Origin: Pocillopora damicornis
Taxonomy: Eukaryota
Length of the DNA stretch: 64,000 nucleotides
Direction: 5' to 3'
NCBI RefSeq assembly: GCF_003704095.1
Contig: NW_020846693.1
Span: 186,001 to 250,000, forward strand
Below the pieces are notes generated by a model that saw nothing but the letters and a program-made list of their open reading frames with translations, did no database searches and was not told where the DNA came from. A program made the position numbers and the translations under genes. Below are positions 18,174 to 35,697 of the stretch, in pieces; within the stretch, counting starts at the first letter, position 1; each line of letters starts with the position of its first letter.

Positions 18174-20077
18174 GTTGATGCAGAATTATAGCAAAATGAA
18201 CTGTAGAAAAATTTCTCTGTTCAATATATCGGGCGAAAGAGTCTTATATCGAAATGCGACGGCTTCGACGAAAGACAGTGCGACCGTTGAAATTAATGCA
18301 ACCTCAAGTTTAGGCGCGTTTATAAGGGCGCTCTTCGTAGCAACCACGTGTTGTGGGTTAGTGACACAATGAATAATGCATAAATTTGCTTAATGCACTT
18401 TCGGATTTGATTGTCACTAGTAACGGGAGGGCTTAAGGCAAGTCTACGAAACTCCTCAAAAATTCTGAATCAAAGAGGCTTGAATGTCAAATAAATCAGT
18501 TTATGAGCGAATTGAAATAATGATCCAACGTTAAGTAGAGTACCGATGCGTTGAAGAGAAACGTTTGATCGAGATTGCTTCTTACCTATACCCTCCCCTG
18601 CTAGAACACGCAGTTTGTCTTCAAGAGATATTGTTTATCGTGGTTTGGGGTGTGTTTGGTCAGTGCATAAATTATGTTCATTTAGTAAAACCACACCCGC
18701 TTGTTGCTTGGAAACAGGTTAACCACTTGACATGTGAAAAGCATCCAGGGAGGTGACGTAAAGTTTTTTTACAACCTTCTCCCTCCAAGGGAGAGTAGTT
18801 TGCCCTCTGTTCAGAATATATCAAAGATGGTGACTCGGTCATACGGGACGACGAGACTTTATGCACAAGAAAGCAGAGATATTTTCTCTTTGGTCTCTAG
18901 CCGATACCATAATTTATTTCACTGGATACAGGAGAAAGAGCTGGTTAGCGGAAATAAGCTGGAATGAGCGAAGAGACAGCTATATTCGCTCTCTCTCTCT
19001 CTTAGCAGTCTTCCATCGTTTTTTCCTTTCGCTCCCTTTGTTCTTTCGCTTGTTTTCCTCATCGATTGCCTGAAGCAAACTTGGTTTTCTCTCCTTTGCA
19101 ATTTTCTTTTTACATCAAGTATTTGAGTAGCGTTTCAGTGTAATATTCACAAGCAACAGACATTGTAGTCATCGTTATGTAAATTTTACTTTTGTACTCG
19201 TGAGGGAGTACAAAAGGCTGTGCCTAGTCTAGTACCCAGATCCTCTCGGGGAATTATAACTGCTTACAACTGCTTAGCCGTGAAAGCTCTAGGCATACTT
19301 GATTATGCTTATCGTCTCGTTCGAGAGGGGTTTATTTTAAAATCTTCCGAGATTGAAAGAAAGAGAAAAAGAAAAACGATTTTAATTCGACAACAGTTTT
19401 GATGGCAACTCAGGCTCTTGAAGAGCCTGGCAAAAGTTCCCACGGATAGAGGCTTGCGCGCGGATAGCAAAGGCCCCAGTTCCCCTAATTCTTTTTCTCG
19501 CTCTCCCTGCTTCAGCTCTCGCCTCAACAGTAAAGACTATCGGGATGAGAATACTTTTTCATGACAAACCCTGCCAATTTCATTTGCCGCATAATTTTGA
19601 TAAATCGCGTTACTTTTTATCTAGGCATTTTACAGGTTGTGGTTTGTTTTTCTCTCATTTGGTGTAATGGTACATGTTATCACGACTTTTATGATTATAG
19701 CATATAAACCATTTTTTTTTAAGGCGAGCCCTCGTCTTGAACGCTTCTGGTTGGTCTCCCAAATGTTGCTCTATGTTTAGTGAAAGGCGTCGCCTCATCT
19801 TGGTAACGAGACTTGTTTTTGCTCAAAGCAGTGAGTTGTAGTAAGGTGAACCAAAACTTGAACCTGCCGGGGTTTACATTTCGCGGAGCACCGCACCAGC
19901 ATTAACCTGTAGTTTCCCGCAGTTTTTAAGGAAAATAAGATTCACTGAAACTGGCAAAACACTACTACTGTGAACCTTGTTCGAGAAGCACCGTTACTAC
20001 TTTTCGATAGGGATATAAGTCAAAATTTTTTATTTGAGACACACTATTTTCATCCAAACAACTTTTTTCAACTGGAA

Positions 20078-22274
<2,197 letters not shown>

Positions 22275-24212
22275 AAATCTTCATCTGCTGGCTTGGGTGT
22301 GTGTGGGGGAGGGGAGGAGCAGGGGAAGTGTTGTCGAAGCAAAGTAACCTTGATTGGCATCTTGTTGCCAAACGAGACTCACGGTTTTGAACGAAATCTA
22401 CCCCAATCCTAAGAGCTTCGTTCCAAATAGGTACCAAGATATTTAATTCCATTTGATGAAAGATTGTATTTATTCTAGAAAGTTCGTTTATTTTACCAAC
22501 TTGTTATATTCCTTAAGAAGGTGCGATTTTGAAATGAGTATGACAGTCATCGGGGCGATCCTAGGAAAGTCCTGAAGTTTGAGAAGTATATACATATGTT
22601 GTTAGCAAAGGTGTGATATCATAATAAATTACCACCTTTTGCGATAATGTATTAAACGCTACGCCTCTTCATTTGAGTCCAAGATTAGAATGCGAGCGGC
22701 TGGCAGTTGTATTGATCCCTGACTTACTAACCCTGACCATCTCCCACTCACTGCCATAGGAAGCTTAGTTGCAAAATACTAAAGTTTAACCAACTTGCAA
22801 TGTGGCATACAGATTAAAAATGTGATAAAAGAGCGTAAGACTGCAATCCTTGTTCGTTTGTTAACACTGATCAAAAGAGACACGGAGGGGGAAAAAAATC
22901 CTTCAGACGTCATTTGCCATCAAAGCAAATGTAATATGTGCTTTCGTTAAAAATAAAAAAAAAACGGGTGAATTATTTAAAAATACCTTGAGCTGGTCTA
23001 CACGAAAGTAAGTCAATGCACTTACAATTGGCGCGTGTTGTTTGGTTTTGTTATCGGCAGCGTATCCCGAAACTAAGACGAACAGAAAAATTTTATTAAA
23101 AAAAACGCACTAATTGTTCATTGTTTCGCAAAACATTGATATTTTTCTCGAAGGAAACTTAGTTTCGAGTTAAAAACAAGAAAAGTGAAAAGGGCCCCGT
23201 TCCCCTTCATTCGTCCACCCTCAGCCCCGCCCCCTTGACTCCTCCAAGCTTAGCCCCGCCCTTGGTAATAATTTGTAACATGCATCACCTTTGCGACAAT
23301 TATTACGCAAAAAGGACAGTAAATCTGTTAAATACATATTTCAGCATGATACACTTACCAACAAGGGTGTACAAAAATCTATTCACGTTTAAAATGTGAA
23401 ACTGCATTCCTAGTATTTACTTATCTATTCTGGTTTTAGGCACTATTTGGGTAACATTGTAATTTAATCAGAGAAACAGCATTTGAGTTCATATTTGTAG
23501 TGAAAATGGTAGCCTGTGTTCAACTTAGATCCAACCACGACAAATTACTATACCGCAAAAAACGTTCTCAATTTTATGCCGGAACTCCCAAACAATGGCA
23601 GATGGAGGTCTAGTTACATTCATTATAATTCATTAAAAAAATTTGCATATATGCAGGCAGATAGTTTTCATATGCTGAGCACAAATTGACAGATGTCTTG
23701 AGAGAATTTTTTTCTGGCTTTATGCAAGAGCAATCCATATTCTTTTCTCCCTCGAAGGTTTCAATCTGAAAATGCCCAGAGCATTTGCTTTTAGGTTGCT
23801 AAAACAAAACCGGCGCTAAATGAAATTTTCATGAATGGAAAATCACATTGTTACTTAATAGAAACAGCATCACACGGCGGCTTACTTTGGGGACCACAAT
23901 TAATATGAAATTTTTCACCCTAAGCCAATCAGATAACGTAAATAAAATATTATTTGTGCCGACATAAGTCTCCAGCTGATTTATCTTTTCAATCTTTTTG
24001 ATTTTATGTTAATTTTCGTCACCATATAAACTAAAACCACTTAGTTTCCCCGTCACCTGCCATGCAAAGGAATACAATAGCCTTGCTTCATTGATTATGT
24101 TCAAACCACTCCCGTTTTCGAAAGACGTTGCTGCTATTTCGGAGCTCGGAAACTCACCAAAGTTTTCCCTCGCTAATTTTTGGACAAGATCCCCAAATAA
24201 CGTTATTTTAAA

Positions 24213-26712
<2,500 letters not shown>

Positions 26713-27784
26713 GAACTATCGTCTGCTGCAGTTCAATTCCATGTTAAAGTCTGTAATGGCGCAGAGAATTAGAGAACGTGAAAAGAAAAATAAAACATGT
26801 CCAATAAATAATTTGTATGCATATTAGAAAAGCGATCAAGTCTAAGCAAGTGGGTCGTCAGCCGGCCGGCATATTTTGGTTTCTATGACGCAAAACGATC
26901 AGCAGCACTGTTACTCCTCCTCAATCGTGGGGGGATGTTAGTCAATTGCAGACTACTCCTGACCTCCCACCTCCCCTCCCCTCCCCCTCAATTCGCCGAG
27001 TATCATTGTCAGGTTGGTGGTGGCCATTCATACCCCTCAGACGTTACCTCATAGTACACTTGAAAACACTTAACGTAACGGTTACGAATTTATGATTCCA
27101 TGAGTGTGGATTTCAATTCTTGATGAGAAAATAAAACGACTGTAATGTTTTTCTCTTATCTACGATTATCGATGCGAGAAGAAACTCGTGAGAAAACTTA
27201 GAATCGGCATTTTTTTTCCTGCAAAAAGAGATAGGTTGCTTTTCCTACTCCCTTCGCATTTGTCTGCTTCAGTATAATAAACAAGAAGAGACTGGAGAGA
27301 CTGTCAGAATCACGAGGCGCATTTTACTAGAGAAAGAGTAATTCGTGCGTGCAACATTAGGCTTGATCCACACCATGTAGGATTTGCGATAGAGAGGTCA
27401 AGGAAAAGAGAGGATGGTAAGTGCTTTGCTTTGAGGGAGCTTGCACGTAGACTAAAGAAGAACGGCCTCTTTTTTGGAAAAATTCTCTTTAAATTCTTAC
27501 AACTTCGGTTTTCCAAGAGCGGTTAAGTAAGGCATGTTTCCTTATCTTTCCCCTCTATTTCCTAATCATATGTACTAGACTATTACAATGTATACATAAA
27601 AGAAATGGGTTGACTGAGAAGAAAAAAAGACTGGGCCGGGCGATGTGCCTGAACTCGCTATGAAGTCTGGGATAGTATTTGTGTGAAAGGGGTTTGTCAA
27701 GTGAGTCTCTCAAGTGAGCGTATCAATGTTTTTGTTACAAAATTGAGGTTTTTGTTGTCTATAACTTATCGTATGTACAGCAGC

Positions 27785-30700
27785 ATGGAAGAGACACATC
27801 AAAGTTCTACTGATCATCGAGGGTAAGTATATCTCTCGAAAGGTCGTAGAGAATTTCGTCTGTTTTTTATTTAATCCTCGCGTATTTTACCACTTACATT
27901 AAGTCTGCATGTGTGAAGTTGAGCAATACTGTATAATTTTTGTGTACAAGAATAATTACAAAGTATTTATAAACCTTAGTTTGTATAAGTGTTACTCAGA
28001 AATTTGTTTCAAATCCGCCAGCTCGTAGTAAATAGTAGATAACGTCTTTGAAAATGGACGAGTTAACCCTCTGACAAGACAGTCAGCTGTATTATACCTG
28101 TAAGACGTTCTTCACGTGATGTTTAATGTCATTAGTCCTATTTCATTCCGTTATTTAAGACAGATTTGGCTGATTTCAGGAATTATGCAGAATTGTTAAA
28201 AACGAGAGCTGCCCTTTTCAAATATGCGATGGCATTTTTTTTTCTTTTATCAAATCTTGAAATTATACATAAAGAACCTCAAAGCAATCTTTAAAAAAAT
28301 TGCTAGATTTAAACCCCTGATTTTGCTTTCTGGCCTCTTTAAATTTTTACAGTGGCTAATAGAAATTATCACAACATTCCATCTTACTATCATTTTCATA
28401 AAAGGTTTTGTTTTAAGGCAACTGTTTATTTGATGGCGGAAAAGAATATTGAACAGTTGCAGTTGTGTTCAGAAGACTCCTCTCTAATAAAAGAGCCTGT
28501 TCTTAGGGTTCAGAGAGTGAAGGGAGATCAATAATATGCCTTATTTTGGTGTGTCAGTATGTTCATTCAACAGAGGTGTCTGGGGTATACAGGTTCACTT
28601 ATAGTAGATATTGGAAGAAAACTTTGGCACTGTGCAATGTGTACACTCGATACACATGATTCAAAGACATCCATCCATGAATTGTAAAACCAAACTTGCT
28701 CATGGTAAGTGAGAAAACAAAACCTGAAAATGAGGGTTTTCTACAATTTTTTACCAAGAATTAATAATTATCTTTTGGTTTTATTTCCAGGCTTAAACTT
28801 CAAAATATTATTCAGAAATTGTCTGAACACTGTGATATAAAAAACCCACAAGAATTGGTGAGTGTATCTGTAAGTACAAATACAAAAGTATTGAAGTATC
28901 TACTGAATGTCTTTCATTTTGTTTCTCCTCAAATATGCAATGAATGAATTACTATTTGTTGGAGGAGTTCACTCAAGGACAAGTATACATTGTGCACAAG
29001 TTCTCTATGAAAATTCTATGCCCTTGAGTGTCAATTTGTATGCATGTTTTTCAAATCTCTTCTTTTTTGTGAGCAGTTTGTTATAAATGGCTGCAAACTT
29101 TATTTTCTTGAATGCAAAATCCTTTGAGAAATTTACACTGAAGTTAATTGAATGCCTCTGTGATGGTCTTGTAGGATGTTGAAGACTCTGATCTTAAAAC
29201 CAAGAGGTGAGCTTTTTCACTAGATTGTGGAGATGTTCATTCACATGTCTTTGTTTTTGCTAACAGCTCCATTCTTTGATAAGTCCTTGCTAGCTCAGTG
29301 CTACCCTTTGGTAGTTCTATAGGGAAGGAAGCCGCAGTCACTGAATAAAGTGTTAGGAGTCTCAATTCTTTCCTTTGTGGCTGTATTAAACAATCTTGAG
29401 GGTTATTCATCAATCATATGGCTGTATTTCAACATTGTATTTGGGGCAGAGGGAGGGCCTTGTGACTAGTAGAAGTTGAGTTCATTGTTTTAATACTGAA
29501 GAAAATGTACATGGATGTAGACACTGCATTGAAAAAAAACATTCTAAAAAATGTTTTGTCCCACAGAAGAAAGCAAGAAAGCATCATAACTACTTCGAAT
29601 GGAACTGGCAATTATACATTAGAAAAGGACATGGACAGACAAAGCAGTGACTCTAAGGCAAAAAGTAATATTTCAGAATCGGTGCAGCATGAGGTGAACA
29701 GTGTTAAGAGTTCTACACCACCACGTGAGAGAATCAGTGCACGCATAAGAAGTTTAAAATCTAAGAAGGTGGCTTATGAAGAAGAGTGGGTTGACCCTGA
29801 TCATATCAGACTATCAGGGCAAAAGATACCTGTGCAGTCAAATAAAAATTCAGCTCATGAAGAAGTCATCAAGACTGTTACAAGAAAGAGAAAACGGAAA
29901 GGAGCAAAAAACTTTCAAAGTATGGAGGATTACGTGAATGAATCACCATTGATTCAAGTTGGTAATCTAGTTGGACTGCGTCAGTGTCGTTTGTGTGCAG
30001 TGATGTTTGTGGAAAAAGATCAGCTGATCAATCATATGAAGGCTGTACATCATTTAGGTGAGTGAGAGTAGTTTTTATCAGTCATGTTATCTTTGGACTT
30101 ATTAACATAGGCCTGACTTACATCAGTGAAATAACATTCATAATCAAGCTTGAAAGGCAGGGTTACAAATTTTGGACAGTCACAATTATTTTCATACTCA
30201 TTGAGGCTCTGGTGAGTGGCAAAACATTGTAGTTCTGATGAGTGGCAAAAACATGTTCAAGGTCATCTTGGAGCCAGTAAACCAAGTGGTGTCTTGTGGT
30301 CTCCTCACCATATAAAAATGATGCTGTAAATTTATCTTGTGTTAAAAAAGGCAAATAACTGGTGATGATGATGAAGTTTATGGAAGGGTATACAGGGAAA
30401 TTATATCCATCCTTATTATTGCATATATGTGTTCAAATTGTACATGCCCCCTCAGAGGTAGAGGTCAAGAATGATATGACCTTTAAAAATGAGACGTTTT
30501 TGACAAAGCTTGTGATTCTCTCTCACAGCCCTGCTACTTAGTTTTTAAAATCACGAATACCAGGTTACTGGTTATAAAACGCTAGCCTTACTATATGTAA
30601 ATATCTTTCATATATGCTTTAGTCTAAGTTTGTTAGTGTATTTGTAGGTTGTACACCACAATGCTTTATGCTGTGGTGACTACTAACCTCAACAACAGTC

Positions 30701-33154
30701 AAGTTCACCTTGCTTTCAAATTACTGATTTTCCTCATCTTGTTTATGTTTTTGAAATTGATCTGGTTTGTAGATGACAAAATAAACATCTCTAAAGAAGG
30801 TACCGCAGATGTTTCACAAAGTGACAACAAAGCAAATGGTAAGATGTGGGTAATCCCATCTGCTAGTTCTTCAGATTGACTTCTGATGCACAGTTTCTTA
30901 GTTACTTTTAACACTGACTCCAAACAACATTTATAAGTGACAGTGAACATTTAAACAAATTGCTGCCCTAATACTTTCCAACAAACTCCCTTGTGTAGCA
31001 GCCCTCTTCACACAAATTGTTTTTACTCATGCTATAGCTTGGACCACCAGCTTGTTTTTCTGTGACTTGTTGCAGGGACAATTCTGAGGCAAGAAGCAAT
31101 AATTTCACACTGTGTTTTTGTCTCACATTGCAAATATTCCCTGAAATATGTTGCTGTGGCATGTGACAAAGCCTGGTAGATTATTGAGCTGTGATAGTAT
31201 ATTCTAACATCAGCAAACATGTAATTTTTTTTAGCTGTCTGTTATAGAACTCTGTGACATCAACATCTTTAAGCATTTACTCACACATGTTTTGTTAGTC
31301 CCACAAGATAATAATTTGTAGCAACAGCTGTGCACAATTTTGAGAATATTCTTGTCTTGTAAAATTTCAGATGAGAAACCTTTCAAATGCTCTCAGTGTG
31401 AATCGTCATTTAGAAAAAGTAGTGGCCTAAAGCAACATGTAACAAGGCAACATTCCTTGAGTACACCACAGAAGTTACCTCCAGCTCCATCTAACCAGGT
31501 GTCCACAAAGAAGGGTTGCCCTACAAGTGACAGGCCTTATGCATGTCAGGTAACACACGTCTTCTTTGTGAAAAGGATTATGGTGCAATCTTAAATTAGT
31601 TTCATTACTGGGTAAACCAATGTGCTCTCCAATACTCTCATTGATCTTAGAAATGAGATCTAAATAGTTCAAAACTGATGTTAAACCATGAGGCACAACC
31701 AAGTGGTTTCACTGCTAAGTTTTTCGACTGGGGTGCACCTTAGACTTTCTGCAGTCTAAAGTAATACAGACTTCGTGAGTGTCTCTATCCTAATCTATCC
31801 CTATTATTACTTTTTATTGATGGTGTTATCACGTGACAGATCAGAACACTGTTCATTGGTAACGTTCATAGTGCCACCGTGGGATGAGGAAAAGGTTGCA
31901 GGTTGTAAAACCTATCAATCACTTTGAGAAGATTGCAAACCAAACAGAGTTGTTTGGGCAGCTTCTCACCAGCCAGCCATATCTGAAAGTCGCGAAACTT
32001 CAGATAAAAAACGACACCTGAGCTCTCTCAAAATCAACTACTGATAGTTTATTTATTTCTCAAGATTTATTTCTTAATCATCCGTTACTATTCTGACTCG
32101 AATAGCAAAACTGTATCATTACCCTGATCTCTGAACACTAGCAACCCAAACTACGAAGACCGAAAACTCGAAAGTCAGCTTTCAGAATTCGCGACGTCCG
32201 CGATCGTTCTATGTTTATCCATGTTAGTTATAAGCAACTGGTGTCTCAAATGCCCGTCGATAAAGCATGACAGGTTTTTTCTATAAGTTAAACACTTTGC
32301 CCATTTGGTTTTTACTCCGAAGCGACCTGATAATGATTTGTCAGTCCATGATTGATCTACGTTTATCCATTTAAGTTGTATCGTGAATGCCTGTAGAATA
32401 AGCATAACGGTTTTCTTTTCTATAAGTTAAACACTTTGCCCTCATGGTTTTTACTCCGAAGCGACTTGATGATTATTTGTCAATCCTAAGGAATTTTACT
32501 GTAATCGTTGTAACGATAACAAATGGAGGAAATCGTTTGTTTTAGGTATGCGGTAAAGCATTCAAACGGAAGCACCATTTACAAGAGCACAGCTATATTC
32601 ACTCCGACGCAAAACCTTACAAATGTGACACTTGCAGCAAAACATTTAACCAGAGAATTTGCCTGACCAAACATCTTCCATGCAGAGAACTCGAAAAACA
32701 ACAAAAGAAACCAAGCTGCAGTAAAACTGGAGACGGCAACACAGCAAATTTGTTAACACAACATCAACCTAACGACAGAGAAACAGAATTATCTTCAAAA
32801 GGAGTTGCCAAAAGTGCAAGCAAACTCACTAGTGATTCTGTTTTACTGTCAAGCAACAATACACACGTCGAGTCTGCAGAAGAGTCACATCGTGTAAATG
32901 ACAAAGAGCATGAAAATGGCACACTCTCGGTTCATATAAGTGGTGGACCCTTGCGTGACAATCCAGTGTCACAAGACACTGCGAGACTTTTGATTGGTCA
33001 CGCTAATAACGGTGTACATTCTCAAGAGATTGTGAAAGATGAAAAAAAAGTCATTGGCTTATCTCCAAGCACGGCTGCTAAAAGTGCAGTAGCAGCAAAC
33101 GATCGTACTTGCTCAGTCAAGGAGCCGACGCAGTTGCCACAGGAAGCAACTTAA
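27785..33154 (+). CDS. C2H2 zinc-finger protein (about 4 fingers), ~7 exons
   Basis: Exons 27785-27822, 28791-~28857, 29175-29206, ~29567-30057, ~30773-30838, 31371-31549, ~32546-33154; fingers [98 protein letters not shown]. The 5' exons are less certain. Confidence 0.75.
32263..32487 (+). repeat. Local ~80-bp direct duplication in the last ZNF intron
   Basis: ttttctataagttaaacactttgccc...tggtttttactccgaagcgac...atttgtca occurs at ~32275 and ~32415. Confidence 0.8.
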
Positions 33155-35697
33155 AAGTACTCTACGTCTGCTTCTCTGATTTTGGCTTCCTCTAGCCCTG
33201 TTTGTGATAGTTGAATCTCGATATGCTGTAAAATCAAGTCTGCGATAATGGATGGTTTATACGAACAGCTCTATCACATTTCTGTTTTTTTTTCAATCAA
33301 ATTATCAATTGTTTTTGTTTCATAATCAAATTTGTTGTAATGTGTCGCAAAACAACATGATTATTTTTTATCTTTTTCAGTTTTCATGACTTGTATAACG
33401 ATATCTACATTTATATGCAATCTTTCTTGCTCAAACGTGACTTGCAACTTCGTACCTCACTGCATTCACATCTTTCTCACAAATCTTAATTGGAACTAGT
33501 TTCAAGCGATGAAATGATGGAACCTGAGTTATTTTCCAGAGAATATTGGTCTACACGTGCCGTTTCCAATAAGTTGCATTTCAGTAACTCATCACGCACG
33601 TTCAGTTTATTTCCATCTAAATGCGTATGATTTTTGGGGGTTAAAGTTATTCATCGAATTGTTTACAGAACTTAATCATCCATCCATGCCATAAAGGTTT
33701 AAAATCACTTCTGTAATCGTAATTTATGAAGAAAAGGAAGTGAGAAGGTTTAATTGCCTATCACTCAACTACAGATGTGACGTTTTTCAGAATTATCATC
33801 ACTGGCTTAGCCGGCGTGTAAGGGCATGTACTTAAATCAGGGGAACAATTAATATACTCGATAAGATATCACATTATGTCCAGAAAGTGATATTGAACCA
33901 GGCAATCACTGGAGAAATAATCACTAGACGAGAGGTTGTGCTCACTCTGTTTTGGCCAGCCATAATGATCGATTAAATATTTTGTAATAACTCATTGGCT
34001 ATGTCATTGTTTGTTTAGTTGTTGTTGGGGGAAGGGGGGGAATGGCTTCTACATCAGAGTCTTCGTGGAAGTGGGAGGCAGCCTTATTTTTTTGTAAATG
34101 ATTTTGTCGAGGGGCTAAGGGGAATCACATGTCATATGGGAGTCCTCTTGTGTAGGTGCGGGAAAGTGGAGACCCTGAGGGTGAGTAGTAATACTGAAAG
34201 TCGCCTCAATCACATAAACTTTAAAAACAACAATTAAGGTAGTAGTGTTAGTTGTGGGTTACACGAGGCATGAATGGTCCCCTAAGGCTTTTACCTTTTT
34301 TTATGGAAAAAGGTTGGTTCTGTTGATTGCACCTGCAATGGCTGACCTCATCCTTGAGTCGTTATACTTCAAGATTTGCTTAAGCTATCAGGGCAAGCAA
34401 GTGTACTATGCACTGACAAAGAAATCCGGCATCACTTAAGTTCACTAGTTAAAGTATTTAGTGCATAATTGGACCACACACATTTGTAAGAGAGAGTGGT
34501 GCATCATTTACTCATTAGTATTGGAGTGGAAAGTGCCATTTTGGAAATGTATGTAAACTAAGACTGATAGTTACTTTTAAAGTCTTCTGACTTTTGTGGT
34601 TGCTGTTACACCAGATAATTCCTTTTTTCCACGGTAGTCTTAGGATGATGTAGCAGTTTGCCCTGTTCTGTATCTGTTCTTGCGTTGTTGGTGTAGGTTA
34701 TTTCGGTTGCTTTAGTGCATGTTACACGAGGTACTTCAAAGCGATAAACATTTTTATTTAATATTGCGCTGAATTAACCTGAGTGACGAACTTTTAATTA
34801 ATTTAATTAATTCTCACCCAGAATTTCACTTAACATTATGCCGGCGAAAACATGCACTGTCATTTCCTTGGTCCTAAACATGAAAACAGTTCATCTTTTT
34901 CCCAGAATTTTTTTTACGGGCGTGTTTGTTCAACTATTTTGATATTGTGGTGAGTTTAAGGCTATCCCAGACAAACCTTCCACATAATGCATGATTAAGA
35001 AAGAAAAGGTAAATTTAAACTAGAATCCAATCATGAAATCGACTGTGAAATCCCTTATTGACTAAAACGTTCTGTATCAGTATCATTACTGATATTCTCT
35101 ATTTCCTTTTTTCTAATAAATACAAAAAAAGTCTAAAAACAAATGTAATATGAAGGGTTATCATTCGCTATGACATTAACGACCTCTGAACCCAGCACTC
35201 CACATTTAATCAGCATCGATTTGAGTAAATCAGATTTAAGCTTTTACGGATATTCATAAGCTGATGAGCAAAGTGCAACTTTCTAGATCTTTCTAAATCT
35301 AACCCCTTTTTTCATTAACGATGGCAGAAAGTACTCAATTGCAAAATGATAGGGTGTTTTCTCGAGTTACAATATAGTTTTTAATTTAGTTTATATACGC
35401 GTTTTGATCGGCTTTGACTATGATCTATTGTAGGACAGACGCATAGATAACGTCACTATCAAACAACATTTTGCTTTTTTATCACGTTTATCAAATAAAT
35501 ATATAAAAAAACATCGATCAGTTTATATGGATCGCGTTTTCAGTGCGCAGACAAGAAAGGTACTCAAACAATTTAATCATGAGGCTGAATTGATTTGTGT
35601 TCGCGTTTTCTGATTCAGTATTTTCTTCAATCCATAAGCGTAAATATTTATTACCTGTCGAGTCATTAAGCAGTTTTTGAATAAGCAAAATAATTCT

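Noticed and set aside
34019-34760. Short ORFs and coding-like composition between the ZNF and channel genes
   Set aside because: Multiple stops, no identifiable motif; possibly an old transposon relic
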